This document shows, in pieces, positions 29,081 to 39,080 of a stretch of DNA of 64,000 bases. The notes beneath the pieces were generated by a model that was not told where the DNA came from, did not search any database, and worked only from the letters and a program-made list of their open reading frames with translations. The translations under genes were made by a program, and so were the position numbers. Source of the DNA: Candidatus Geocrenenecus dongiae (GTDB taxonomy: Archaea > Thermoproteota > Nitrososphaeria_A > Caldarchaeales > Wolframiiraptoraceae); assembly GCA_023267855.1 (NCBI GenBank), contig JALNLN010000001.1, positions 23,620-87,619 on the forward strand, read 5' to 3'. Position 1 is the first letter of the stretch. Each line of letters starts with the position of its first letter.

Positions 29081-30307
29081 ATGTCTGGGGTTATAGTTGT
29101 AAAGTTTGGAGGATCTGTTTTGAAAGATCTATCAGCTATTGAGGAAGCTGCTTCGTGGGTAAAGAAGTTGCTTGCTGGCGGCTATAAAATAGTTGTTGTT
29201 GTTTCTGCGATGAAGGGGGTTACTGATGAACTTGTAAATACAGCTAAGATGTTGGCTGGGAATCCTGATCCAGAGTTGATGGATGAAATTCTCTCGATGG
29301 GTGAGAGGATAAGTGCGAGACTCTTTACACTAGCTTTAAGAGAACATGGTGTAAACGCTATGTTTATAGATCCAGCAGACGATTACTGGCCTATAATAAC
29401 AGACTCCAACCATCTAGATGCAGAACCATTATACATTGAAACAAAGAAGAATGTAAAAGAAAAGATAGTTCCATTATTGGAGAGAGGAGTAGTTCCAGTG
29501 GTATGTGGATTCATAGGTGTTACGGTTGATAGGAAGATAACTACGCTTGGAAGAGGGGGAAGCGATACGACCGCCGTCTTGATAGCTAACTGTCTAGAAG
29601 CGGAAGAAGTAGTACTTGTTAAAGATGTTCCAGGAGTTTTCTCAGCAGATCCAGACATAGTTGGAGATTCAGCTAAGATACTGAGTGAACTAGATTTCAG
29701 AGAAGCTCAGGCATTAGTGAAAGGTGGGGCGAAAATAATCCATACGAAAGCTTTGAGATACCTCGATAGAAAGCTCAAACTTAGAATTGCAAGCATGGAA
29801 GAACTTGCAGCCAATGGTGGAACAGTAATTAGAGGATACGATCCAGAGATCGAGGTAAAAACCTCTCCAGTTAGAATAACCATGGTCACGATAATCAGAG
29901 AAGATCTTGACAGTACGGATGTTCTCGAAAAGATCATGAAGCTACTAAAAAAGAGAGATGTAAAAGTACTTGCAGTAACTTGTGAAGAGAAAGCATTGAT
30001 ACTATACTTAGAAGAGAGGGAGGGGATAATTGTAGATGTACATTCATGTTTGGTGAATGAGAGGTTAGGGAAAGCGGTAAGCTTCTACCAAGACCTAGCG
30101 ATGATCACTGTCTCAGGTAGGATGCTTGAGACAAGTCCAGGTATAATACATAAGATTACGAAACCCTTAGCGGAAAACAACATAAACCTCTACGGGCTGA
30201 TAACGATCTCATCGTCTATTAAATTAATTGTATCTAGCTCGGTATTAGAGAAGGCTAGAGAACTACTTGTAAAAATGTTGAGAGAAGAGGTGGAGGTGGT
30301 TACATGA
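29081..30307 (+). CDS. lysC: Aspartate kinase
   Basis: VVKFGGS, VVSAMKGVTD, GERIS, TTLGRGGSDTTA, C-terminal ACT domains; ATG at 29081. Confidence 0.93.
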   Translation: MSGVIVVKFGGSVLKDLSAIEEAASWVKKLLAGGYKIVVVVSAMKGVTDELVNTAKMLAGNPDPELMDEILSMGERISARLFTLALREHGVNAMFIDPADDYWPIITDSNHLDAEPLYIETKKNVKEKIVPLLERGVVPVVCGFIGVTVDRKITTLGRGGSDTTAVLIANCLEAEEVVLVKDVPGVFSADPDIVGDSAKILSELDFREAQALVKGGAKIIHTKALRYLDRKLKLRIASMEELAANGGTVIRGYDPEIEVKTSPVRITMVTIIREDLDSTDVLEKIMKLLKKRDVKVLAVTCEEKALILYLEEREGIIVDVHSCLVNERLGKAVSFYQDLAMITVSGRMLETSPGIIHKITKPLAENNINLYGLITISSSIKLIVSSSVLEKARELLVKMLREEVEVVT

Positions 30308-31356
30308 AGAATTTGAAGATAGCTCTACTTGGAGCAACTGGGATGGTTGGAGTAGAATACATAGAATTTCTACATAGACATCCATGGTTTAAGATATCAA
30401 ATCTATGTGGTAAGAAGAGTGTAGGAAAGAAGTATGGAGAAGCAGTTAAAGCTTTAAAGAATATTCCTAAGGAAGTAGCAGAGATAGAGGTTGTTGAACC
30501 TGATCCGAAGAAGATTGATGCGGATCTCGTGCTCTCAGCTCTACCTTCGGAAGCTGCGAGAGAAATAGAGAAACAATTTGTAGAAAACGGCTACCCAGTT
30601 GTAAGCGAGGCTTCAGCACATAGAATGGAGCCTGACGTACCTTTAATCATACCAGAAGTTAATCCAGATCACCTAGAACTCATAAATATGCAGAAGAAGA
30701 AAAGAAGAGATGGAGGCTTCATAGTAACTACTCCAAACTGTACAGCCGTAGGTCTAATAATGTCACTAAAACCACTACTAGACAATTTCGGTATAAGGAA
30801 GGTGGTAGTCGCAACATACCAAGCAATAACAGGCGCAGGATTTCCTGGAGTCCCATCCTACTCTATCTTAGGAAACATCATACCATATATCAAGAATGAG
30901 GAAGAAAAAGTTTCACAGGAAACTAAGAAGATTTTAGGTAGACTTGAAAATGGAAGGATAAAGTATGCAGAATTCCCGGTTGAAGCATCTTGCGCAAGAG
31001 TCCCAACCATAGATGGACATCTAGAAGCGGTTTATATTGAAACGGAGAAAACTTTTGATCTCGATAGTGTGGTAGAGGGTTTTAGAAACTTTAAAGGTGA
31101 ACCGCAGACTCTAGGTTTACCTTCAGCTCCATCTGAACCTATAATCTTAACAGATCTCGAAGATAGACCTCAACCTAGACTAGATGTTATGGCCGGGTCT
31201 GTGCCTGGTATGAGTATAGTTATTGGAAGAATTAGACGTGGAGAATCTGAGAACTCTCTCAAATACTTCGTCTTAAGTCATAATAGAATTAGAGGTGCAG
31301 CAGGTATAGCTGTACTAACAGCAGAACTCATCTATAAGAAAGGATACATAGGGTGA
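30304..31356 (+). CDS. asd: Aspartate-semialdehyde dehydrogenase (archaeal type)
   Basis: GATGMVG, PEVN, PNCT, QAITGAG, RVPTIDGH, HNRIRGAAG. Confidence 0.95.
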   Translation: MKNLKIALLGATGMVGVEYIEFLHRHPWFKISNLCGKKSVGKKYGEAVKALKNIPKEVAEIEVVEPDPKKIDADLVLSALPSEAAREIEKQFVENGYPVVSEASAHRMEPDVPLIIPEVNPDHLELINMQKKKRRDGGFIVTTPNCTAVGLIMSLKPLLDNFGIRKVVVATYQAITGAGFPGVPSYSILGNIIPYIKNEEEKVSQETKKILGRLENGRIKYAEFPVEASCARVPTIDGHLEAVYIETEKTFDLDSVVEGFRNFKGEPQTLGLPSAPSEPIILTDLEDRPQPRLDVMAGSVPGMSIVIGRIRRGESENSLKYFVLSHNRIRGAAGIAVLTAELIYKKGYIG

Positions 31357-31363
31357 TGTAAAG

Positions 31364-32155
31364 ATGGTTAAAGGTAAACAGGTTAGGATTTCCAGAATAA
31401 CTTGCATGGGGAAGATGGTGTGCGTACCTATGGATCATGGTGTAACTGTAGGTCCAATAAAAGGTCTAGATAATATCTATGAAACAATAAGGAAAGTGGA
31501 GAGAGGTGGAGCAACGGCAATACTAACACATAAAGGTATATTGAAGAATCTGGAATCAGTTCCAAGTCTAGGCTTAATCATACACTTATCTGCATCAACA
31601 AATCTCTCACCCAATCCTAACTGGAAAGTCAAGATAGGCACTCTCAAAGAAGCTATAAGACTTGGAGCAGACGCTGTCTCAGTACACATCAATATAGGTA
31701 ATAAGGATGAGCAGGACATGCTAGTAAAACTTGGGCTACTTGCAGATGAATGTGATGAATGGGGCATACCATTGATAGCTATGATGTATCCTCGTGGAGA
31801 GAACATTAAAGATCCAAACGATCCATACACAATAGCTCACATCGCTAGAATAGCCGCAGAACTCGGAGCAGATATAGTGAAAGTGCCTATGCCTTCATCT
31901 AACCCAGAAGATATAAAGATCATAACAAAGACCTGTCCAATACCGGTAGTTGCAGCAGGAGGACCGAAGATGGAGGATGATAAACAAGTACTACAGCTGG
32001 CTGAGGCTGTTGTTAGAGCTGGAGGAGCAGGAATAACTTTTGGTAGAAATGTCTTCCAACATGAAAGCCCAGAACTAATGGTGAAAGCATTGAGAGCAGT
32101 GGTTATAGAGAGGTTTTCGATAGAGAGAGCTTTAGAGATACTTAAAGGTGGATGA
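31364..32155 (+). CDS. aroA': 2-amino-3,7-dideoxy-D-threo-hept-6-ulosonate (ADH) synthase (DhnA-type aldolase)
   Basis: PMDHG, HLSAST, MMYPRG, ELGADIVK, AGGPK, GRNVFQH; adjacent to DHQ synthase II. Confidence 0.88.
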   Translation: MVKGKQVRISRITCMGKMVCVPMDHGVTVGPIKGLDNIYETIRKVERGGATAILTHKGILKNLESVPSLGLIIHLSASTNLSPNPNWKVKIGTLKEAIRLGADAVSVHINIGNKDEQDMLVKLGLLADECDEWGIPLIAMMYPRGENIKDPNDPYTIAHIARIAAELGADIVKVPMPSSNPEDIKIITKTCPIPVVAAGGPKMEDDKQVLQLAEAVVRAGGAGITFGRNVFQHESPELMVKALRAVVIERFSIERALEILKGG

Positions 32156-33188
32156 GTTGGACAAGCAGGTGATAATCTACCCTGAAGAGGTTAGTAGAGA
32201 GTTAGTTCAAACAGCAGTCACGTACGGTATCAGAAACATCTATGCAAAGAACCAACTCCCAGAAGAACTAAGTATAGAACAACTCAACCTATACATAGAA
32301 GAACCAACTGGGCAGATAAAGATAGCTAGTAGAGAAGGTGTAGAAGAATCTATAAAGATAATTGTTAAGGAGCCTGAAGATATTGAGAAGATACTTTCGG
32401 CTGTCGAGAAAGGTTACAGAAAGATATTTGTTGATACGTATAGCTGGAAAATAATTCCTTTAGAAAATATTGTCGCTGAGCTTCAGAAAATGGATGTTAA
32501 ACTTTATGCTTACGGTTCAAATGTAGAAGAAGTTGAATCACTTTTAAATGTTTTAGAGAAAGGTGTAGATGGAGTAGTAGTAAAGATCAAGAAGACAGAC
32601 GAGATAGGTAGGCTCGCCGAGATCTTCAAACAGATAAGATTTCTAGATATTCTTGATGGAGAGGTTACTGAAGTAGAGAATATCGGTGTAGGAGACAGAG
32701 CATGTGTCGATACTGTCTCAATACTAGATCCAGGTGAAGGAATGCTTGTAGGCAATTTTAGTAGATTCTTCTTCCTAATCCACAATGAAGGAACTGGATC
32801 ACCATTTACTTCTCCTAGACCTTTTAGAGTAAATGCTGGGGCCGTACACTGTTACGTAATGATGGCCGATGGTACAACCAAGTATCTCTCAGAACTATCA
32901 GCTGGGATGCGTGTACTCGTAACTACTCTCAGAGGTAGAGCGAGACCAGTAACTATAGGTAGAGTTAAGATAGAGAGGAGACCGTTAAAGATTGTTAGAG
33001 CAAGAGTTGGAGAAGCTGAAGGCTCTGTAATACTACAAGATGCTGAAACAATACGTCTTGTATCTAAAGATGGCGAACAAATATCAGTAACAGAATTGAA
33101 TCCAGGAGAGAAGGTAAAAGTACATGTATCAGAACAGAAAGCAAGACACTTTGGGAAAGCTGTAGAAGAATTCATAATAGAACGTTGA
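32148..33188 (+). CDS. aroB': 3-dehydroquinate synthase II
   Basis: WKIIPLEN, GDRACVDT, RPFRVNAGAVH.Y, GRVKIERRPL, LQDAETIRL, RHFG. Confidence 0.93.
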   Translation: MDELDKQVIIYPEEVSRELVQTAVTYGIRNIYAKNQLPEELSIEQLNLYIEEPTGQIKIASREGVEESIKIIVKEPEDIEKILSAVEKGYRKIFVDTYSWKIIPLENIVAELQKMDVKLYAYGSNVEEVESLLNVLEKGVDGVVVKIKKTDEIGRLAEIFKQIRFLDILDGEVTEVENIGVGDRACVDTVSILDPGEGMLVGNFSRFFFLIHNEGTGSPFTSPRPFRVNAGAVHCYVMMADGTTKYLSELSAGMRVLVTTLRGRARPVTIGRVKIERRPLKIVRARVGEAEGSVILQDAETIRLVSKDGEQISVTELNPGEKVKVHVSEQKARHFGKAVEEFIIER

Positions 33189-33191
33189 GAA

Positions 33192-33872
33192 ATGAAGACG
33201 AAGATATGCGTAAGCGTTAAAGCTAGAACAGTAGAAGAGTTGGAAGATAAAGCATCTAAAGCTTTTAAACTTGGAGGAGATTTAGTGGAAGTTAGATTAG
33301 ACTATCTCGAAGACATATCTATACCGAAAATCTCAAATTTGTTTTCCAAGTATGCTGGTAAGATTATCGCAACTCTTAGACCAAGATGGGAAGGAGGAGT
33401 ATATGAAGGTGATGAAGAATCACGTCTCTCAATCCTCAAATCTATAGCTAGACTTAACCCTAAATTCATCGATATAGAGTATAATGTGGCTGAGAATCTG
33501 GATCTATCTTACTCAAATATAGGGAGAATAATTTCATGGCATAATTTTAACGAAACACCGTCTCTTGAAATTCTCTCCACGATTGTAGATAAATGTTTAG
33601 AGTTAGGCGATATAGTAAAGATAGTAACTATGGCGAAATCTCTGAAAGATTCTCTAAACGTTCTAAAATTGTATAATCTGTATCCTAGAGAGAAGCTCGT
33701 AGCTTTCAATATTGGAGAATATGGATTATTTTCAAGAATATTATCTGCTTCAGCAGGCTCACCTATAATCTACACATGTCTACCAGGAGAGGCTCTGGCA
33801 CCTGGACAACCTGTAGTTAGCGATGTGAAAGAAATACTTGAAGTACTAGGTGGTGGAGAAGTATGGAGATAA
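33192..33872 (+). CDS. aroD: Type I 3-dehydroquinate dehydratase
   Basis: EVRLDYL, T.R...EGG, ISWHNF..TP, IVKIV, SRI, APGQ. Confidence 0.92.
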   Translation: MKTKICVSVKARTVEELEDKASKAFKLGGDLVEVRLDYLEDISIPKISNLFSKYAGKIIATLRPRWEGGVYEGDEESRLSILKSIARLNPKFIDIEYNVAENLDLSYSNIGRIISWHNFNETPSLEILSTIVDKCLELGDIVKIVTMAKSLKDSLNVLKLYNLYPREKLVAFNIGEYGLFSRILSASAGSPIIYTCLPGEALAPGQPVVSDVKEILEVLGGGEVWR

Positions 33873-34726
33873 ATTCTAAGACTCGTCTATGTTGTCTGAT
33901 AGGTCATCCAGTTAAACACTCTATCTCACCTAACATACATAACACACTCTTCCAGAAACTAAACCTAAACTATGTTTACTTAGCATTCGACATAGATCCT
34001 AAAGATCTACGAAGTACTGTAAGAGGATTTAGAGCAATGAACGTTCTAGGATTCAATGTGACAATCCCCCACAAGATCAATGTTATCAAGTATCTAGACA
34101 AAATAGATTCTTCAGCAAAAGAATCAGGCTCAGTAAACACTGTAGTGAATAGAGGAGGAGAGCTGGTAGGATACAATACGGATATAGATGGGATTATCAA
34201 TAGTTTGAAAGACGTCGAGTACGATAATTGTGGAAGAGCATTAGTAATAGGTGCAGGTGGAGTAGCAAGAGCAGCTATAGTTGCTTTAAGAAATCTTGGG
34301 TTAGAAGATATAATAGTTTGTAATAGAAGATTGTGGAGAGCGGCTGCACTTGTTAGAAAATTTAGGAATGATCACTTGAAGATGAAGGCTATAAGTATAT
34401 CTGAAGCATCAAGATACTCTAGAAACGCATCAATAATAATAAACGCTACACCTATAGGAATGTGGCCGAATGTTGATGAAACACCTTTAAACTCACATGA
34501 AATATCTAGAAACGCTGTCGTCTTAGACCTAGTTTACAATCCTCTGAAAACTAAGTTGATAATTGAAGCAGAGAAAGCAGGTGCTAAAACCATTACGGGG
34601 CTTAAGCCTCTGATCGAACAAGCAGCAAAAGCTTTCATGCTCTGGACATCCATAGATCCTCCTAGAGAATTAATGTGGAGTGTTGCTGAAAAAACTCTCA
34701 AGGAGATTTTTAGAAATGAAGGTTGA
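33863..34726 (+). CDS. aroE: Shikimate dehydrogenase
   Basis: HSISP..H, NVTIPHK, VNT, NTD, GAGGVA, NATPIGM, DLVYNP. Confidence 0.94.
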   Translation: MEINSKTRLCCLIGHPVKHSISPNIHNTLFQKLNLNYVYLAFDIDPKDLRSTVRGFRAMNVLGFNVTIPHKINVIKYLDKIDSSAKESGSVNTVVNRGGELVGYNTDIDGIINSLKDVEYDNCGRALVIGAGGVARAAIVALRNLGLEDIIVCNRRLWRAAALVRKFRNDHLKMKAISISEASRYSRNASIIINATPIGMWPNVDETPLNSHEISRNAVVLDLVYNPLKTKLIIEAEKAGAKTITGLKPLIEQAAKAFMLWTSIDPPRELMWSVAEKTLKEIFRNEG

Positions 34727-35588
34727 AGCAGTAGTACATGGGGCAGTGTCTATAGTAAACGCTATACCTCTAGGAATAGGATCTGCTCTAGGAGTAGACT
34801 TAACCACAAAAGCCATCGTAGAAGTAGAAGAATCAAAGATAGAAACAATCAACATAGACATATACGTAGAAGGTGAAGAAGATGTTGATAAAAGTTTAGC
34901 TGAGAATACTATAAGAGAATTGTTGAGGATAGCTAAGGGAACTTACAGAGTTGATGTTAAGATTTACTCAAATATACCTATCGCAAGAGGGTTGAAGAGT
35001 TCGAGTGCAGCTGCAGACGCAATCGTCTTAGCCGCTTCTAAAGCTCTAGATCTAGAGCTCTCTACAGACCAATTAGTAAACATGGCTGTAGATATATCAA
35101 TAAAGTCTGGGGTAACAGTAACGGGAGCTTACGATGATGCTTTAACATGTATGATAGGTGGGGTCAATATAACGGACAATCTGAAGAGGAAGATACTTGC
35201 GCACTGGGATCTGGATGAAGATATCTCAATAATAATAATGATTCCTCCAGAGAAGTTCTACACGAAAGAAGTAGATGTTGGAGCACTTAGATCTTTCTCA
35301 AACCTCTCTATGAGAGCTGTAGAACAAGCGTTAAACGGGAACATATGGGATGCAATGATAATAAACGGCCTAGTAGTTTCATCAGCATTAAACATAGACT
35401 ATACACCTGTTCTAAGAGCTTTAAAGAAGAAAGCTATCGCTGCTGGGATAAGTGGTAAGGGACCGTCCATAGTTGCAGTTACATATCCAGAGCATGAAGA
35501 AGAAGTTAAGAAAGAATTAGAGAGATTCGGTAGAGTCATCAGGGTTAAGCCTAACAATCGTGAAGCATATGTAAGAATATTAGATTAG
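34716..35588 (+). CDS. aroK: Archaeal (GHMP-type) shikimate kinase
   Basis: GAVSIVNAI, PIARGLKSSSAA, VTVTGAYDD, SGKGPS; ATG at 34716. Confidence 0.92.
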   Translation: MKVEAVVHGAVSIVNAIPLGIGSALGVDLTTKAIVEVEESKIETINIDIYVEGEEDVDKSLAENTIRELLRIAKGTYRVDVKIYSNIPIARGLKSSSAAADAIVLAASKALDLELSTDQLVNMAVDISIKSGVTVTGAYDDALTCMIGGVNITDNLKRKILAHWDLDEDISIIIMIPPEKFYTKEVDVGALRSFSNLSMRAVEQALNGNIWDAMIINGLVVSSALNIDYTPVLRALKKKAIAAGISGKGPSIVAVTYPEHEEEVKKELERFGRVIRVKPNNREAYVRILD

Positions 35589-35615
35589 CTTTTAGAAAAG
35601 CTGTCGATAATCCAT

Positions 35616-36485
35616 TTACGATATGCTTAAGAATCTTCTAAAGATTTTATCTAAACCTACGTCGTACCCGTCCATCAACTTCTTCAGTATACTGAAAAAC
35701 TTCAATCCAACCTTCACTAGAATCTCGTCAATCTTTTCTGGATCTTCTTCAACAGTTATGTGTTCTCCTGGAGAGTATTCACTTACAACGTAGAGTATGC
35801 AGCCGACCAGAATCTTTATCTTCTTTCCCCTAGAAGCTTCATAAAAATCTCTTAGCAGACAGTATGTAGAGAACTCCATCTCGCTCGAGATAACACCCAT
35901 CTTTCTATAAGATTCAAGCCTAGCTTCTAGTAGTTTGCATCTAGGGGAGAATTCAGGTCTTTCCTTAAAGTATAGATCATCTTTAGTGTGTACTGGCCCC
36001 AGCCACAGATTCTTATTTAAACTGTATCCAAGTTCTTCTGCTGCGAGTACTAGTATTGGTAGAAGTTCAAAACTTGAGACAGCTGGATATTCTAATCCTA
36101 CTATAGATTCTGTTGAACCCTCATCTCTAACACATGATGTAGGTATATGTAGATGTCCAGCATGAACATGTTCTTGGAGGGATCCTGATGTACCTATCCT
36201 CAAAATTACCATGAAGTCTTCTTTAACAGATTCTATAATTTCTGGAAGTATTACCATACAGCTAGATGGACCCATACCAGTAGATACAGCAGAAATCTTC
36301 AATCCATCATATAATCCTTCTACTATAACATGACCTCTACGACCTACATACACCTTAGGGTTTAAAATAAATTCTGAAACTTTCTTGATTCTTCCAGCTG
36401 AACCTCCAGTCAAGATATAATTACTTAGCTCGCTGATTTCTAAATGATTCATCTTTCCAGAAGAGGTAGAAAACGTAATCTTCAT
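35616..36485 (-). CDS. Nucleoside phosphorylase (uridine phosphorylase family), divergent
   Basis: STGMGPSS, RIGTSGSLQ, RDEGST, SEME. Confidence 0.8.
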   Translation of the reverse strand: MKITFSTSSGKMNHLEISELSNYILTGGSAGRIKKVSEFILNPKVYVGRRGHVIVEGLYDGLKISAVSTGMGPSSCMVILPEIIESVKEDFMVILRIGTSGSLQEHVHAGHLHIPTSCVRDEGSTESIVGLEYPAVSSFELLPILVLAAEELGYSLNKNLWLGPVHTKDDLYFKERPEFSPRCKLLEARLESYRKMGVISSEMEFSTYCLLRDFYEASRGKKIKILVGCILYVVSEYSPGEHITVEEDPEKIDEILVKVGLKFFSILKKLMDGYDVGLDKIFRRFLSIS

Positions 36486-36520
36486 AGAGTAGAAGATGAT
36501 TTTGATATAGATTAAGATTT

Positions 36521-36790
36521 CTATTCTTTCTTCTCTGTTTCTAGCTCTTTCTCCAGTTCTTTCTCTATTTCTTCAATAGGTTTTGGAGGAGGAGTGGTTG
36601 CGAGTGTGTATCCAATCCATGCGATTAATGCAAGTAAACCAGTTACAGCAACAAAAGCTGTTAGCTTAAGTATTATTAGATCCCAGTTTGTGAAGAATAG
36701 AAGCCAGCTATACACAACTATCCCTACAAGCGAAACCAACAATATTGTAAAACCTAAGACTTGGTCTCTGCCCATTTTAACCACATCCAA
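36521..36790 (-). CDS. Conserved archaeal two-TM small protein
   Basis: Two hydrophobic helices then WIGYTLATTPPPKPIEEIE and an acidic tail. Confidence 0.7.
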   Translation of the reverse strand: MDVVKMGRDQVLGFTILLVSLVGIVVYSWLLFFTNWDLIILKLTAFVAVTGLLALIAWIGYTLATTPPPKPIEEIEKELEKELETEKKE

Positions 36791-36847
36791 AATTAAGTAT
36801 AGAGTTAAATTTATCTCTTTTTTGTTTGCAATGTATACGAAGTTTTC

Positions 36848-37672
36848 CTATTTCTTAGTAAGAAGACTTGGATAAAAGTATTTTTTACCTTTCTTTTCTT
36901 TTAATTCTCTCCATTCTTCAAGAATCTTTACTGCTTCAATAGCTGTTTTTATTGCATCTTCTTCTCCCTTCACTTCAAAGGTGTCTTTAACACGGTTTGC
37001 AAATACAACACATACTGATCCTGCCTTCAAATTATATATCGCTGCTAGTGTAAAGATTGTAGAAGACTCCATATCGAAATTAAGAACTCTCATTTTCTGG
37101 AGATCTTCTAAGAGTTTTTCAGGATAACTCCACATGTATCCACCGTATCCAGGTCTACTCTGACCTAGATAGAAGCTGTCTGTGGTAGCTGTAACACCCA
37201 CATGGTATTTGAGGTTTAATGATTCAGCTGCTTCAATTAGAGCTAGAGTTACTTCGTAATCCGCGTATGCAGGATACCCGTCTATAACGTAGCTTTTACT
37301 AGTACCTTCAAGTCTTACAGCTGCAACCGAGATTACGAGATCTCCTACATCTATTTCAGGTTGTATGGCTCCTGTAGATCCTACTCTGATGAATGTTCTA
37401 GCACCGGCTCTCGCAAGTTCTTCTATTGCTATAGCTGTCGATGGTGACCCTATACCAGTTGAACACGCACATAAAGGTATACCTGAAGTCTTACCAACCC
37501 ATACTCTAAACTCTCGATGATAAGATAATTCTCTTCCCTCCTCTAAGAATCTAGCTATCTTTAAAACTCTATCAGGATCTCCTGGAATCAATGCGTATTC
37601 AGGTATCTCTCCAGGCTTAACTTTAACATGGTAAAACTCTCCTTCAATTGTTCTAGGCTCGGTAGCTTTCAT
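36848..37672 (-). CDS. udp: Uridine phosphorylase
   Basis: PGDPDRV, HREF, STGIGSPS, RVGSTG, RLEGTS, DSFY.GQ.R, NFDME. Confidence 0.9.
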   Translation of the reverse strand: MKATEPRTIEGEFYHVKVKPGEIPEYALIPGDPDRVLKIARFLEEGRELSYHREFRVWVGKTSGIPLCACSTGIGSPSTAIAIEELARAGARTFIRVGSTGAIQPEIDVGDLVISVAAVRLEGTSKSYVIDGYPAYADYEVTLALIEAAESLNLKYHVGVTATTDSFYLGQSRPGYGGYMWSYPEKLLEDLQKMRVLNFDMESSTIFTLAAIYNLKAGSVCVVFANRVKDTFEVKGEEDAIKTAIEAVKILEEWRELKEKKGKKYFYPSLLTKK

Positions 37673-37754
37673 ACTTCTACATAATACTGTGCACTGTAAT
37701 AAAGTTTAAGAAAATAGTTAAAGTTATGTGATTGAAGTATTGTTTTAGAGGTTT

Positions 37755-39044
37755 ATGGTGAGAGTTTACGTTGAGCCTTCAAGATTTAGTGGTTTTGTAG
37801 AAGCTGTACCTAGTAAGAGCTATACTCATAGAGTTTACTCTACTTCCCTCCTCGTTAATGGTAGGAGTGTAGCTTTGAACCCACTATTCTCAAGTGATAC
37901 TGAAGCTACATTAAATGCTTGTAGAATGTTTGGAGCAGAAACAATTCTGAGTAAGGGAAAGGTGGAGTTGTCATGTAGGAGGTTGAAGCTTCCAGATGAT
38001 GTAGTGAATGCTCAGAATTCTGGAACAACCCTCCGATTCTTTACAGCACTGTCTTCTCTCGCACCTCCTGGCTACGTCGTGTTAACTGGAGATGAAAGTC
38101 TGAGAAAAAGACCTATGCAGCCACTCATAGATGCGTTGAAAATGCTTGGAGTAGAATGTTGGTCAACACGTGGAAATGGTTTAGCACCGATAGTAGTCAA
38201 GTCAGGTGGGCTTAGAGGTGGAGAAGTAGAGATAAGAGGAGACGTGTCTTCTCAATTCATTTCTGCTCTCTTGATATCTTCTGTGAAAGCTGAGAAAGAT
38301 GTAGATATAATAGTTAGAGAAGAACAAGTCTCGAAACAATACATAGATGCAACTATTAAAGTCTTAGAGAATTTTGGTTTTAAGATCTATAGGGAAGGCT
38401 ACAGCTACTATCATGTAAGAGGGGGGCAGGAGGGACGACCCTCAGTATTCAGGGTGCCTGGAGATTTTAGTTCAGCTTCATTTCTAATAGCTGGAGCATA
38501 CCTGACTGGTGGAGAGGTGGAGATAAGCAATCTTGACACAACTTTACCTCAATCTGATTCCAAGATAATAGATATTGCTAAAGATTTCGGATGCCGTGTA
38601 GAGTTTAGAAGTGGGGACACTATTTACGTGAAGTGTTCAGGCATTGGGGAGGGAGGAGAATATGTTCTTACAGATTCTCCAGACCTACTGCCAGTAGTAG
38701 CAGTTATGGCCGTAAAAACTGTTGGAGAAACGATAATCAGAGGTGTAGAACATGCTAAATTTAAGGAAAGTGATAGAATAAATTCTACGGCTATAGAGTT
38801 GAAGAAACTTGGAGTAGATGTTGAAGTTCTTAAAGATGGTTTAAAGATTAAAGGTAGAGAAGAAGTTGAAGGTGGGGTTGAGCTTTCATCTCATAGCGAT
38901 CATAGACTCTTCATGGCGTTCACAGTTCTAGCTTCAGCAACGAAGAAAGGATGTATAGTAGATGGATTAGAATGGGTTAAAGTTTCATACCCAGAATTCA
39001 TAAACCACCTCAAGAAGCTAAATGTATCTATTAGAGAAATCTAG
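37755..39044 (+). CDS. aroA: EPSP synthase
   Basis: PSKSYTHR, NSGTTLRF, RPMQPL, SSQFIS, GDFSSA, KESDR, DHR. Confidence 0.95.
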   Translation: MVRVYVEPSRFSGFVEAVPSKSYTHRVYSTSLLVNGRSVALNPLFSSDTEATLNACRMFGAETILSKGKVELSCRRLKLPDDVVNAQNSGTTLRFFTALSSLAPPGYVVLTGDESLRKRPMQPLIDALKMLGVECWSTRGNGLAPIVVKSGGLRGGEVEIRGDVSSQFISALLISSVKAEKDVDIIVREEQVSKQYIDATIKVLENFGFKIYREGYSYYHVRGGQEGRPSVFRVPGDFSSASFLIAGAYLTGGEVEISNLDTTLPQSDSKIIDIAKDFGCRVEFRSGDTIYVKCSGIGEGGEYVLTDSPDLLPVVAVMAVKTVGETIIRGVEHAKFKESDRINSTAIELKKLGVDVEVLKDGLKIKGREEVEGGVELSSHSDHRLFMAFTVLASATKKGCIVDGLEWVKVSYPEFINHLKKLNVSIREI

Positions 39045-39080
39045 ATAAACTTCTCGTAAACATTTATTTGTCAGAGAGCT

